Under the pieces are notes generated by a model. That model did no database searches. It was not told where the DNA came from and worked only from the letters and a program-made list of their open reading frames with translations. Positions 28,549 to 37,856 of a stretch of 64,000 nucleotides of DNA are shown here, piece by piece. The stretch is from Deltaproteobacteria bacterium (GTDB lineage: Bacteria > SAR324 > NAC60-12). The DNA lies in contig JAYOTF010000016.1 of assembly GCA_038150265.1 (NCBI GenBank), positions 1 through 64,000 on the forward strand, written 5' to 3'. The first letter of the stretch is position 1, and each line of letters opens with the position of its first letter. The position numbers and the translations under genes were made by a program.

Positions 28549-29481
28549 ATGATCATTGTGACCGGCGGTGCCGGATTCATTGGGAGCAACCTCATCCGTG
28601 GACTCAATGAGGCCGGAGAGGACAACATTCTGGTGGTGGACAACCTCAAGAATGCCGCCAAGCACCGGAACCTGAACCGCCTCAAGGTCGCAGACTTCCT
28701 GGACAAGTTCGAGTTTCCCGACCGGCTAGATGCCCTCCCTTCCGTCAAGGCGGTGTTCCACCAGGGCGCTTGCTCGGCAACGACCGAAAGCGACGGGGAG
28801 TACATGATGCGCAACAACTACCAGTACTCCAAGCAGCTCCTGCACTGGTGCCTGGAGCGGGGCATTCCCTTTCTGTATGCCTCCAGCGCCTCGGTTTACG
28901 GGAACGGCGATGACGGATTTGCGGAAGACCCGGCGTGCGAGTACCCGCTGAACGTGTACGCCTACTCCAAGTTTGCCTTCGATAACTACGTGCGCCGCCT
29001 GATGCCACAGATCCGGAGCCAGGTGCTGGGCCTCCGTTACTTCAACGTCTATGGCCCCCAGGAGAACCACAAGGGGCGCATGGCTTCGGTCGCCTTCCAC
29101 CTCTTTCACCAGCTCCAGGAGTCGGGAACCATGAAGCTCTTTGAAGGAAGCGACCGCTTCCGGCGGGACTTCATTCATGTGGAAGACACCGTCCGCATGA
29201 ACCTCCACTTCTGGAAATCCGGGGTGAGCGGCATCTTCAACTGCGGCACCGGCAATGCTCGGAGCTTTGAAGACATCGGCCGCATCCTCAAGGAACAGCA
29301 CGGCCAGGGCACCCTGGAGTTCATCCCCTTCCCGGACGACCTCAAGGGCAAGTATCAGGAGTTCACCGAAGCCGACCTTGCCCAGGTCCGGGCCGCAGGG
29401 TACTCTCAGGAATTCCTCTCGCTTGAAGAAGGGCTTCAGCGCTACTTCGAACGGCTCGCAACAAGCGGAGGCTACCTCTGA
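28549..29481 (+). CDS. rfaD: ADP-L-glycero-D-manno-heptose 6-epimerase
   Basis: MIIVTGGAGFIGSN, HQGACSAT, YASSASVYG, RYFNVYGP, KGRMASV. Confidence 0.96.
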   Translation: MIIVTGGAGFIGSNLIRGLNEAGEDNILVVDNLKNAAKHRNLNRLKVADFLDKFEFPDRLDALPSVKAVFHQGACSATTESDGEYMMRNNYQYSKQLLHWCLERGIPFLYASSASVYGNGDDGFAEDPACEYPLNVYAYSKFAFDNYVRRLMPQIRSQVLGLRYFNVYGPQENHKGRMASVAFHLFHQLQESGTMKLFEGSDRFRRDFIHVEDTVRMNLHFWKSGVSGIFNCGTGNARSFEDIGRILKEQHGQGTLEFIPFPDDLKGKYQEFTEADLAQVRAAGYSQEFLSLEEGLQRYFERLATSGGYL

Positions 29482-29574
29482 AGCGACACGGCTTCAGCAC
29501 TTGAAGGAGCCTGAGGTGCCGAGGAATTCGCCTCCGCTTCAACTCCTTTGGAACAGTCTGATGGAGAAGACTGG

Positions 29575-30057
29575 ATGGAAGTTCAAAACAACATGGTCGT
29601 CGGCATGCACTACACGCTCAAGAACGACTCCGGAGAGATCATCGACTCCTCAGAAGGACAGGCGCCGCTGATGTTCCTTCAGGGAGGCGGGAACATCATC
29701 AAGGGGTTGGAGTCGGCCCTTGCAGGGAGCAAGGAAGGTGACTCCCTGAATGTCGTGATTGAGCCGGAAGATGCCTACGGCGCCTTCAATGAGGAACTCG
29801 TCCAGCAGGTGCCCAAGGCGGCCTTCCAGGGCGTGGAGACGCTGGAGGTGGGCATGCGCTTTCAGGCCCAGACCGATGACGGCCAGATCCCCGTCCGCAT
29901 TGCGGCCATTGAAGGCGACCAGGTGACGGTGGACGCGAACCACGACCTTGCCGGCGAGCGCCTGCACTTCGATGTCACCATCACCAGCGTCCGGGAAGCC
30001 ACTGACGAAGAGTTGGAGCACGGACACGTCCATGGTGAAGGTGGCCACCACCATTGA
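29575..30057 (+). CDS. slyD: FKBP-type peptidyl-prolyl isomerase SlyD
   Basis: IIKGLE, PEDAYG, DANHDLAG, His-rich C-terminus. Confidence 0.95.
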   Translation: MEVQNNMVVGMHYTLKNDSGEIIDSSEGQAPLMFLQGGGNIIKGLESALAGSKEGDSLNVVIEPEDAYGAFNEELVQQVPKAAFQGVETLEVGMRFQAQTDDGQIPVRIAAIEGDQVTVDANHDLAGERLHFDVTITSVREATDEELEHGHVHGEGGHHH

Positions 30058-30072
30058 TCCGGTTCGGCTCCC

Positions 30073-30426
30073 ATGAAGCGTACGCCTGACTCGGTGCTGG
30101 TCTACTCCAGCGAATCCGGAGCCCTCTGCCCCCAATGCGGGGCGCCGGTGGATCAGTGCCCCTGCAACCCGTCAGCGCATCCCAAGGATCCTCCGGGAAC
30201 GGTGCGGTTGAGCTTCTCAGCCAAGGGTCGCAAGGGAAAGGCCGTTACGCTCCTCTCCGGAGTCCCACTGGCTCCAGCGGCACTTGCCGCATTTGCCAAA
30301 ACCCTGAAGAAGCAATGTGGCTCCGGTGGCACCGTGCACCAAGGCGTCATTGAGCTTCAGGGGGACCATCGCTCCAAACTGCAACCCCTGCTTGAGGCAG
30401 AGGGTTGGAAGGTCAAACGGGTCTAA
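30073..30426 (+). CDS. yciH: SUI1/YciH translation initiation factor family protein
   Basis: KGRKGKAVT, LKKQCGSGGT, IELQGDHR; N-terminal CxxC. Confidence 0.9.
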   Translation: MKRTPDSVLVYSSESGALCPQCGAPVDQCPCNPSAHPKDPPGTVRLSFSAKGRKGKAVTLLSGVPLAPAALAAFAKTLKKQCGSGGTVHQGVIELQGDHRSKLQPLLEAEGWKVKRV

Positions 30427-30435
30427 ATTCCTGCC

Positions 30436-31326
30436 ATGACAGCTGCCACTTCCTCTTCTCCTTCCACCGCTCCCACCTTCCGGTTTCCCGGATGGCGAGC
30501 CCTGGACAAGAAAGCCTGCTTCACTCCGTCTCACCTCACCTGGGAGCGTCCGCTCGACCTGCATCCGGAGGCGGAGGTCACACGGTTCCTCATCCTCGGA
30601 GACACCGGCTCCGGCAATGAGGATCAGCACCGTGTGGCGCAAAACAGCTGGAAGACCTGCCAGGAACGCGGGGCCGACTTTGTGCTGCTGCTGGGAGACA
30701 ACTTCATCCAGCAGGGGGTGTCCGGACTGGAAGACGAGCAGTGGCGGACGAAGTTCGAGGAGGTGTATGAGCACGAGCTGCCGTTTTACGCCGTGCTCGG
30801 CAACCACGACCTCCGGGGCGACTGGCGGGCGCAGATCGCCTACAGCTACCAGAGTGAGCGCTGGATCATGCCCGGCGTCAACTATTCCTTTCAGGCGGGG
30901 CCCCTGGAGCTGTTCGGGATCAACACCACCTGTACCGTCTGCTCCCTGTGGACCCTGCAGCGTCCGAAGCGGACCCCGTGGCGGCTCGTCTTTGGGCACC
31001 GCCCCCTGGCCACCCGCGGCCGACACCGCGGGATGACGTGGCTCGAACGCCAGCTCATCAAGTGGGCGCATCCGGACGTCTACTGTGCCGGACACAACCA
31101 CCTGCTGGAGCACACCCGCTGGGGCGGCATCGACCTCATCACCTCCGGAGGCGGGGGCAACCCCATTCATCCGGCGCTGTATTCCGATGTGCCCGAGGGC
31201 GAATTTCTGGAGGAAACAATGGGGTACGTGTGGATGGAAGTGACGACCACCCGGCTGGAGGCCCACTTCTTCAATGACAACGGCGAGTTCCGTTACGTGT
31301 TCTCGCGTACCCGTCAGGAGAGCTGA
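30436..31326 (+). CDS. Metallophosphoesterase (purple/tartrate-resistant acid phosphatase-like)
   Basis: GDTG, GDNF, GNHD, GHRP, GHNH motifs. Confidence 0.88.
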   Translation: MTAATSSSPSTAPTFRFPGWRALDKKACFTPSHLTWERPLDLHPEAEVTRFLILGDTGSGNEDQHRVAQNSWKTCQERGADFVLLLGDNFIQQGVSGLEDEQWRTKFEEVYEHELPFYAVLGNHDLRGDWRAQIAYSYQSERWIMPGVNYSFQAGPLELFGINTTCTVCSLWTLQRPKRTPWRLVFGHRPLATRGRHRGMTWLERQLIKWAHPDVYCAGHNHLLEHTRWGGIDLITSGGGGNPIHPALYSDVPEGEFLEETMGYVWMEVTTTRLEAHFFNDNGEFRYVFSRTRQES

Positions 31327-32819
31327 GGTCGCTCTGAAGGAAGGGACAGCGTCACCTTGGTGCCCTGTCCCGGAGCACTCTGGAGGTGCAAGGCGCCGTA
31401 CTGAAGCTCCATGAGCTCCTTGCAGAGGATCAGCCCCAGTCCGGTGCCCTTCTCATTGGCCGTGCCCAGGGTGGTTCCTGACTGATCCAGCCGAAACAGC
31501 CGGGCCTGCTGCTCCTGCGTCATCCCCACGCCTTCGTCCTGAATCTGCACCAGCACATCCCGTCCCTCCATCCAGGCGTCTACCGAAATGCACCCACCGG
31601 TGTGTGTGAACTTGACGGCGTTGGTCAGCAGGTTCTGCAGCACCAGCGACATCATGGTGCTGTCGGCAAAGACCCGCAGGTTCCGGGGCACCTCGTGCCG
31701 TAACGCAATGCCCTTGCGCATCGCGTTTCCACGCACCAGGTCAAAGGTGTTCTCCACCAGGTCGGTCATCCCCAACGGCTCGGGCGCATAGCCGAGCTTC
31801 CCGGACTGCAACCGGGTCCACTGCATCAGGTTCTCAATCAGGTTGAGCAGGTTCCGGGCTCCCGTGTGGATGTGCTCGGCGTAAGAACGCAGCTCCTCCG
31901 GTGTGAAGCCCTGGAGGTCGCCCGAGAGGATTTCCGAGAAGCCCAGGATGGAGTGGAAGGGACTCTTGAGGTCATGTGAGATGACGGAGAAGAGCTTGTC
32001 CTTGTTGGCATTGAGCAGCTTCAGCTCCTCCTCCAGGGACTTCTTCTCCGTGATTTCCATCTGCACGCCCACGTAGTGCGTGACCTGGCCCTGTTCGTTC
32101 TTGAGCGGCCCCAGGGACAACTGGTTCCAGAAGGGGACTCCATCCTTGCGGTAGTTGAGCAGCTCCACGCGGCAAGGGCGCTCCTCTCGCAACGCCGACC
32201 GGATCTCTTCCACCGCCTCAGACGCCGTGTCACCGCCCTGCAGGAAGCGACAGTTCTTCCCAATCACCTCTTCCGGCTCATACCCCGTGATGCGGGTGAA
32301 GGCGCCATTGGCATAGATGATCGGACGGTCCGGACGCTGGAAATCCGCAATCGTGATGCCCTCCTGCGTGTCTTCCACGGCCCGGCGGATCAGGCTCAGC
32401 TGCTCCTCCATGTACTTGCGTGGCGTCACGCTCTCATGAGAAATCGCTGCCCAGCGCTGCCCCTCGGCACAAAACGCAATGGCCCGGAGCAGAAACCAGC
32501 GCCGCTCCTGGGGCGAGTGGCACGGGTACTCCCACTCAAAGCTCTGCAGGTCCCCTTCCAGCACCCGCTTCAGCCGCTCCGCAATCAGCGAGGCTTCCTC
32601 CTGCTCTGCGCCACAGGACGTTTCACAGACCTTGATGTAGTTGCTGCCAATACCGCTACTGGATTCCTCCCAGCCGTTCTCCATGCCAAATTGCCGCCAC
32701 GCCGCATTGACCGCAACAATCTCTCCGGAGCCATCCAGAATCGCCAGGTGGGAGTCCAGAGAATCCAGGGCTGCTTGCAAAAACGCGGGCATGGGAAGCA
32801 CGATTCGTGTGGTATCCAT
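31314..32819 (-). CDS. PAS-LOV sensor histidine kinase (putative blue-light receptor)
   Basis: LOV signature GKNCRFLQG with NYRKDG and FWN; H-box SHDLKSP; N-box NLLTNAVKF; G-boxes DEGVG and GTGLGL; no TM segment. Confidence 0.93.
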   Translation of the reverse strand: MDTTRIVLPMPAFLQAALDSLDSHLAILDGSGEIVAVNAAWRQFGMENGWEESSSGIGSNYIKVCETSCGAEQEEASLIAERLKRVLEGDLQSFEWEYPCHSPQERRWFLLRAIAFCAEGQRWAAISHESVTPRKYMEEQLSLIRRAVEDTQEGITIADFQRPDRPIIYANGAFTRITGYEPEEVIGKNCRFLQGGDTASEAVEEIRSALREERPCRVELLNYRKDGVPFWNQLSLGPLKNEQGQVTHYVGVQMEITEKKSLEEELKLLNANKDKLFSVISHDLKSPFHSILGFSEILSGDLQGFTPEELRSYAEHIHTGARNLLNLIENLMQWTRLQSGKLGYAPEPLGMTDLVENTFDLVRGNAMRKGIALRHEVPRNLRVFADSTMMSLVLQNLLTNAVKFTHTGGCISVDAWMEGRDVLVQIQDEGVGMTQEQQARLFRLDQSGTTLGTANEKGTGLGLILCKELMELQYGALHLQSAPGQGTKVTLSLPSERPQLS

Positions 32820-32919
32820 AGCGTGCTTTCTGGGTTGGGTTGAGAGAGTCTTCTGCGGAAGTGCAGCAGATAATGCGGGAAGCTGTGGTCCGAACCGCCC
32901 TTTCTGGAGGGAAACTCGT

Positions 32920-33052
32920 GACAAATTTATTGTAATATGAGCTAATATGAGAAAATTGTAAACGTGTTTCCAATTTTCTTTTGTAAACTAACACGAAATT
33001 CACGAATTCTCACGTGAAATAGGGGCTGGACGGGTTTGGTGCCTGAAATGCA
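32920..33052. promoter_or_regulatory. AT-rich divergent control region with direct repeats and a weak sigma54-like element
   Basis: TAATATGAG x2, TTGTAAAC x2; TGGTGCCTGAAATGCA (GG-N10-GC) at 33037-33052. Confidence 0.45.
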
Positions 33053-33160
33053 GACAGATGGGGATCACATCGGTGTGCTTTTGCGTTAACCCCTGAAGAG
33101 ACGGGCCTCATGGGAGCACCAACAGAGTCCACTTCCGGAGACGCTCAAACCAAGGAATCC

Positions 33161-35089
33161 ATGAAAATCTTAATCATTGACGATGAGCCCTACGTCGAGG
33201 CTCTGGTCAAAGGATGGTTCCGGGGGACCAGCTATCAGTTCGACTACCTGGCCAACGGCGAGCCGCTGATGCACAATGGCGCCAGCATGGTGAGCGAGTA
33301 CGACCTCGTTTTGCTGGACAAACAGATGCCCGAGGTCGACGGCCTGGAACTCGGCAAGCGCCTCCGGGAGCTGTACCCCAACCTGGTCACCGTGATGGTC
33401 ACCGGGTTTGAAAGCACGGAAACGCTCGTCTCGGCGTTCCGGGACTGCGGGTTTGACGACTACATCTCCAAACCCTTCGACTCGCGCAAGCTCCAGGACG
33501 CGCTCCTGCGGGCGCAAAAGCTCTTGCAGCAGCGCAAGGCCTACTCCAGTGAGTACCAGCTGAACGAGTCGCTGCGCATGCGGGCCGTGGAGCGTCCTCA
33601 TGCACTGGTCGGACAGTCTCCCCGTTTTCAGGAAATGCTGGGGCTGGTCCACAAGTTTGCCCCGCTCGATGGCCCGGTTCTCATCCGGGGCGAAACCGGC
33701 AGCGGGAAGGAGCTCGTGGCCCGCGAGATCTACAAGTACAGCCGCCGCTCCGCAGGCCCGTTTGTCGCCGTCAACTGTGGGGCCATTCCGGCCGAGCTGT
33801 TTGAGAGTGAGCTGTTCGGACACGAAAAGGGCTCCTTCACCGGCGCCATCAGCAAGAAGGAAGGCCTCGTCAAGCTGGCCGATGGAGGCACCCTCTTCCT
33901 CGATGAAATCGGAGACACGCCCCTGCCGCTGCAGGTCAAGCTCCTCCGGATGCTGCAGGAAGGCGAGATCCTCCCCGTGGGCAGCACCCGGACCCTGAAG
34001 GTCAACGTCCGCGTCATCAGCGCCACCAATCAGTCGCTGGAAGAACTCGTCAAGGCCCGCCAGTTCCGGGAAGACCTCCTCTACCGCCTCAACGTCTTCT
34101 CCATTCATGTCCCCAGCCTCCGGGAACGCATTGAAGACATCCCCCTGCTGGCCCAGCATTTTGTGGAGAAGTGCGGGAACCTGAACCCCCTGGTTCGCGA
34201 CATTGAACCCGAGGCCCTGCAGTGGCTGTCGGGCTTGCCCTGGCCGGGCAACATCCGGGAGCTGGAAAACGTCATCCAGCGGGCCTGTGCGCTGGCCGAA
34301 CAGACCCAGCTGACGCTGCGGGACTTCAGCACCGACCCCACCTTCAACGAGGTCGAAGTGACTCCGCCTCCCGCGGCTCCCAACTTCCTCCGCAAGCCCA
34401 CTGGGTATGCGCGGCTGTGGGAAACCTTCCGGGCCCATGACTCGAAGCTCTGGACCATCCAGAACCTCGAGCAGGCTCGCGAGCAGCTCAAGGAAATCCT
34501 CAGCACCGCCCAGTACGTCAAGTTCGGACACTTCGGGCGCATCCAGACCGAAGAAGACCGCGAGCTGGACCTCTACCTCAGCTACGTCAGCCCCCTGACG
34601 CAGGACCTGGAAGAGGTCTCCATCAAGTTTGCCTTCTACAGCTCCGAATCCATTGGACGGGCGCCCATCTCGCCAACCCTGCAGTTCCGGGGAGACCGCA
34701 TCCGCCTCGACTCCGTGGTGCAGCCGGTCAAGAAGGGGCTTCCGGATACCTACCTCTTCAACCTGCTCTACCCCACTCGGCACCGGAACCAGACCATCAG
34801 CATCTCACAGCAGCACGTCATCCGGGCCCTGGTCCTCCGGTACGCCCAACTCGACGTCCCCCCTCGTCCTCTGAAAAAAATCTTCAGCGAGGTCATGGAC
34901 TTCCTGGTGGATGACGAGTTGATGAACCAGGGCTGCGAACTGCCTCACGATGGGTTGGAAGCCATGCGGGGCTGCCTCTGCAGCAAGGCACACGTCTTCT
35001 CCGGATTCTCCAGCAAGCTCAAAGCGAATCCGGACCTCGTCCACGCAGAAATCCTCAAGGTCTTCAATCAATACGGAATCGCTGCCTGA
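33161..35089 (+). CDS. NtrC-family sigma54-dependent response regulator with atypical long C-terminal domain
   Basis: REC (IIDDE, LLDKQMP, SKPF); AAA+ GETGSGKE, ESELFGHEKGSFTGA, FLDEIG, WPGNIREL; alternative start at 33110. Confidence 0.93.
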   Translation: MKILIIDDEPYVEALVKGWFRGTSYQFDYLANGEPLMHNGASMVSEYDLVLLDKQMPEVDGLELGKRLRELYPNLVTVMVTGFESTETLVSAFRDCGFDDYISKPFDSRKLQDALLRAQKLLQQRKAYSSEYQLNESLRMRAVERPHALVGQSPRFQEMLGLVHKFAPLDGPVLIRGETGSGKELVAREIYKYSRRSAGPFVAVNCGAIPAELFESELFGHEKGSFTGAISKKEGLVKLADGGTLFLDEIGDTPLPLQVKLLRMLQEGEILPVGSTRTLKVNVRVISATNQSLEELVKARQFREDLLYRLNVFSIHVPSLRERIEDIPLLAQHFVEKCGNLNPLVRDIEPEALQWLSGLPWPGNIRELENVIQRACALAEQTQLTLRDFSTDPTFNEVEVTPPPAAPNFLRKPTGYARLWETFRAHDSKLWTIQNLEQAREQLKEILSTAQYVKFGHFGRIQTEEDRELDLYLSYVSPLTQDLEEVSIKFAFYSSESIGRAPISPTLQFRGDRIRLDSVVQPVKKGLPDTYLFNLLYPTRHRNQTISISQQHVIRALVLRYAQLDVPPRPLKKIFSEVMDFLVDDELMNQGCELPHDGLEAMRGCLCSKAHVFSGFSSKLKANPDLVHAEILKVFNQYGIAA

Positions 35090-36447
35090 TGCCCCAGCCG
35101 TCCCTCTTCCTGTTCCGCCGGGATCTGCGGTTGCACGACAACACGGGCCTGCTTCATGCGCTTGCGCAGGGGGCTCCCGTTTTGGCCGCCTTCATCTTTG
35201 ATCCTCGCCAAACGGAGCCGCACCCGTATCGCAGCGAGCCCGGATTTGCCTTTCTGCTGAATGCCCTTCAGGCCCTTGACCACGAGCTGCGCGCCTCCGG
35301 AGGGCGCCTGCACTGCTTCCAGGGACCTCCGGAAGACGTCCTCAAGGCGCTGATTCCTGAGCTCTCGTCGGTGCACGTCAACCGAGACTTCACGCCCTTC
35401 AGTCGCCAGCGTGATCAGCAACTCGAGGCCCTCTGCCAGGAACACGGCACTCCCTGGACCGCGCACAACGACCTCCTCCTCTTGCCTCCGGAAGCTGGAG
35501 TGAAGGCCAACGGAAGCCCCTACACCGTTTTCACTCCGTTCTACAAAAACGCTCAGAAGCAGCTCATTGACACTCCGGTGCCCTTTACGCAGGGCTCCTT
35601 TGTCACCGAAACGCCTCAAGCCGCTGTGGCCTTCCAGACCTCGCTGGAGGCCTTTGGAACCCCAGAAGCCGGAGGACGTCCGGAAGCGCTCAAGATCCTC
35701 CAACGTGCTGCCGACTTCCAGCAGTATGAAGGCACCCGTGATTTCCCGGAACAGGCGGGCACCACCCGCCTCTCGGCGCACCACAAGTTCGGAACGGTTT
35801 CAGCGCGGGAAAGTTGGCACCACCTCGCTCAAGCCCTGGGTGCCGACAGCGGACTCGTCCGGCAGCTGTACTGGCGGGACTTCTTCACCCACATCGCCTG
35901 GCACTTTCCACATGTGTTTGGGCAGGCCTTTCAGAAGCGCTTCGACGCGGTTCCCTGGAAAAACAACCCGGCGCACTTTGACGCGTGGTGCCAGGGAAAA
36001 ACCGGGTTTCCCATTGTGGATGCCGGCATGCGGGAGCTGAACGAGACCGGCTACATGCACAACCGCGCCCGGATGATCACGGCGTCCTTCCTGACCAAGA
36101 ACCTGCACATCGACTGGCGGTGGGGCGAGCGCTACTTTGCCCAGAAGCTGGTGGACTACGACCCCTGCGTCAACAACGGAAGCTGGCAGTGGGCGGCCTC
36201 CACCGGATGTGACGCGCAGCCCTACTTCCGGATCTTCAATCCGTGGCTCCAGCAGCAGCGCTTCGACCCTGCGGCTCGTTACATCCATCGCTGGGTTCCC
36301 GAGCTTCAGGGCACCTCCCCCCGGCTGCTGTCCAAGCTCGAGGACTCCCCACAGGCGCTGCTGGGGTACCCGGCGCCCATCGTTCAGCACAAGGCTTCCA
36401 GCCAACACGCCAAGCAGATGTTTGCCCAACTTTCCTCCTCAGCATGA
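35089..36447 (+). CDS. phr: CPD DNA photolyase / cryptochrome family protein
   Basis: FRRDLRLHDN, YTVFTPF, QLYWRDF, GYMHNRARM, WRWGERYF, RIFNP; TGATG overlap with upstream gene. Confidence 0.95.
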   Translation: MPQPSLFLFRRDLRLHDNTGLLHALAQGAPVLAAFIFDPRQTEPHPYRSEPGFAFLLNALQALDHELRASGGRLHCFQGPPEDVLKALIPELSSVHVNRDFTPFSRQRDQQLEALCQEHGTPWTAHNDLLLLPPEAGVKANGSPYTVFTPFYKNAQKQLIDTPVPFTQGSFVTETPQAAVAFQTSLEAFGTPEAGGRPEALKILQRAADFQQYEGTRDFPEQAGTTRLSAHHKFGTVSARESWHHLAQALGADSGLVRQLYWRDFFTHIAWHFPHVFGQAFQKRFDAVPWKNNPAHFDAWCQGKTGFPIVDAGMRELNETGYMHNRARMITASFLTKNLHIDWRWGERYFAQKLVDYDPCVNNGSWQWAASTGCDAQPYFRIFNPWLQQQRFDPAARYIHRWVPELQGTSPRLLSKLEDSPQALLGYPAPIVQHKASSQHAKQMFAQLSSSA

Positions 36448-36833
36448 CCTCCCGACTTCTTCCCTGGTGGCTCGGCCTGCACGCCCTGACGTTTTGGGCG
36501 CTCGGCGCGCTCTTCCTCCTTGATCCTGAAACCTGGGGCACTCAGGTTTCCCTCACGCCCGCTCACCCTGCCGGCATTGCCGAGCTGATGACGCTTTACG
36601 GCGGGCTGGAGTGTGCCCTCGCGGCGCTGCTGACCTGGGGCGTCCTGAAGCCTCACTTCCGGATCACGGCCCTGCAGATCCTGCTCGTCTGCTACGCGGG
36701 CCTCACGTTCGGGCGGACCCTGGGGCTCCTCCGCCATGACCTCTGGGACCACGGGTTCACGCTGCAGCTGTTTGCCATTGAAGCCGGCACCACCCTCATC
36801 AGCGCGTTCTTCTACTTCCGAGGCCAGTCATGA
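36444..36833 (+). CDS. DUF4345-like membrane protein
   Basis: 4 TM helices; ELMTLYGGLE and FGRTLG motifs; ATGA overlaps at both ends. Confidence 0.7.
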   Translation: MTSRLLPWWLGLHALTFWALGALFLLDPETWGTQVSLTPAHPAGIAELMTLYGGLECALAALLTWGVLKPHFRITALQILLVCYAGLTFGRTLGLLRHDLWDHGFTLQLFAIEAGTTLISAFFYFRGQS

Positions 36834-37816
36834 GCGCTTCTCCCCAACACTGCATCGTCATCGGCGCCGGTATCTCCGGGCTCATGGCCGCTACCGAAAT
36901 GCAGGCCTTTGGGCTCCGGGTGACCGTGCTGGACAAGGGACGCGGCGTTGGAGGCCGGATGGCCACCCGACGCATCAACACGGCCTCCGGACCGGCTTTG
37001 CTCGATCATGGCGCCCAGTTCTTCACGGTCCGGGACCCGCTGTTTGCAGAATGGGTGCAGCAGTGGCGAACCCTGGAGCTCGTTCAGGAGTGGACCCGGG
37101 GCTTCGGCAAGGAAGACGGGCACCCCCGCTACTTCTGCCCCAACGGCATGACTGCCATTGCCAAGCACCTCGCTTCCCAGCTGACCGTCCGGACGCAAGC
37201 GCGCGTGCAGACCCTGCACCTCCGTGACGAAGGGTGGCAGCTCACGCTTGAGTCCGGAGAGGTGCTGCAGGCAGACGGACTCCTGCTGACGGCCCCGGTG
37301 CCCCAAAGCCTGACGCTGTTGCGGTCCGGGAACCTGGAGTTGACGCAGCAGGACCAGAAGAACCTCGAGTCCCTGCAGTACGACCCGTGCCTGGCAGCAC
37401 TTGTTCTTGTGGAAGAGAGCCCGGCGCTTCCGGAGCCTGGGGCCCTGCAGCTTCATGCGGAACCGCTGGCATGGATTGCCGACAACGCCCGGAAGGGCAT
37501 CTCCGATCGCCCCGCGCTGACTCTGCATGCGGGTCCGGAGTTTAGCGCCGCCCACTGGGACGCCGACCCGCAGGCCACCGCTCAGCGACTGATGGACGCC
37601 GCTCAGGAGCATGCCACCTTCCAGCCCATTGAAGCGCAGCTGCACCGCTGGCTCTACAGCCAGCCCCGGAATCCGTGGCCGGAGCCTTCGTACCTTCCGC
37701 AGTGTGTACTGCCACTGGCACTGGCTGGAGATGCCTTTGGACACGCCCGTGTCGAAGGCGCGACCCTCTCTGGACTGTCGGCAGCCGAGCAGCTCCTGAT
37801 CCGTTTTTCCCGCTGA
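36830..37816 (+). CDS. Renalase-like FAD-dependent oxidoreductase
   Basis: IGAGISGL, DKGRGVGGRMATRR, DHGAQFFT, HRWLYS, VEGATLSG. Confidence 0.9.
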   Translation: MSASPQHCIVIGAGISGLMAATEMQAFGLRVTVLDKGRGVGGRMATRRINTASGPALLDHGAQFFTVRDPLFAEWVQQWRTLELVQEWTRGFGKEDGHPRYFCPNGMTAIAKHLASQLTVRTQARVQTLHLRDEGWQLTLESGEVLQADGLLLTAPVPQSLTLLRSGNLELTQQDQKNLESLQYDPCLAALVLVEESPALPEPGALQLHAEPLAWIADNARKGISDRPALTLHAGPEFSAAHWDADPQATAQRLMDAAQEHATFQPIEAQLHRWLYSQPRNPWPEPSYLPQCVLPLALAGDAFGHARVEGATLSGLSAAEQLLIRFSR

Positions 37817-37856
37817 TGCACCTGTTTGTTTTGACTCCTCTTGACCTGAATCCTGT

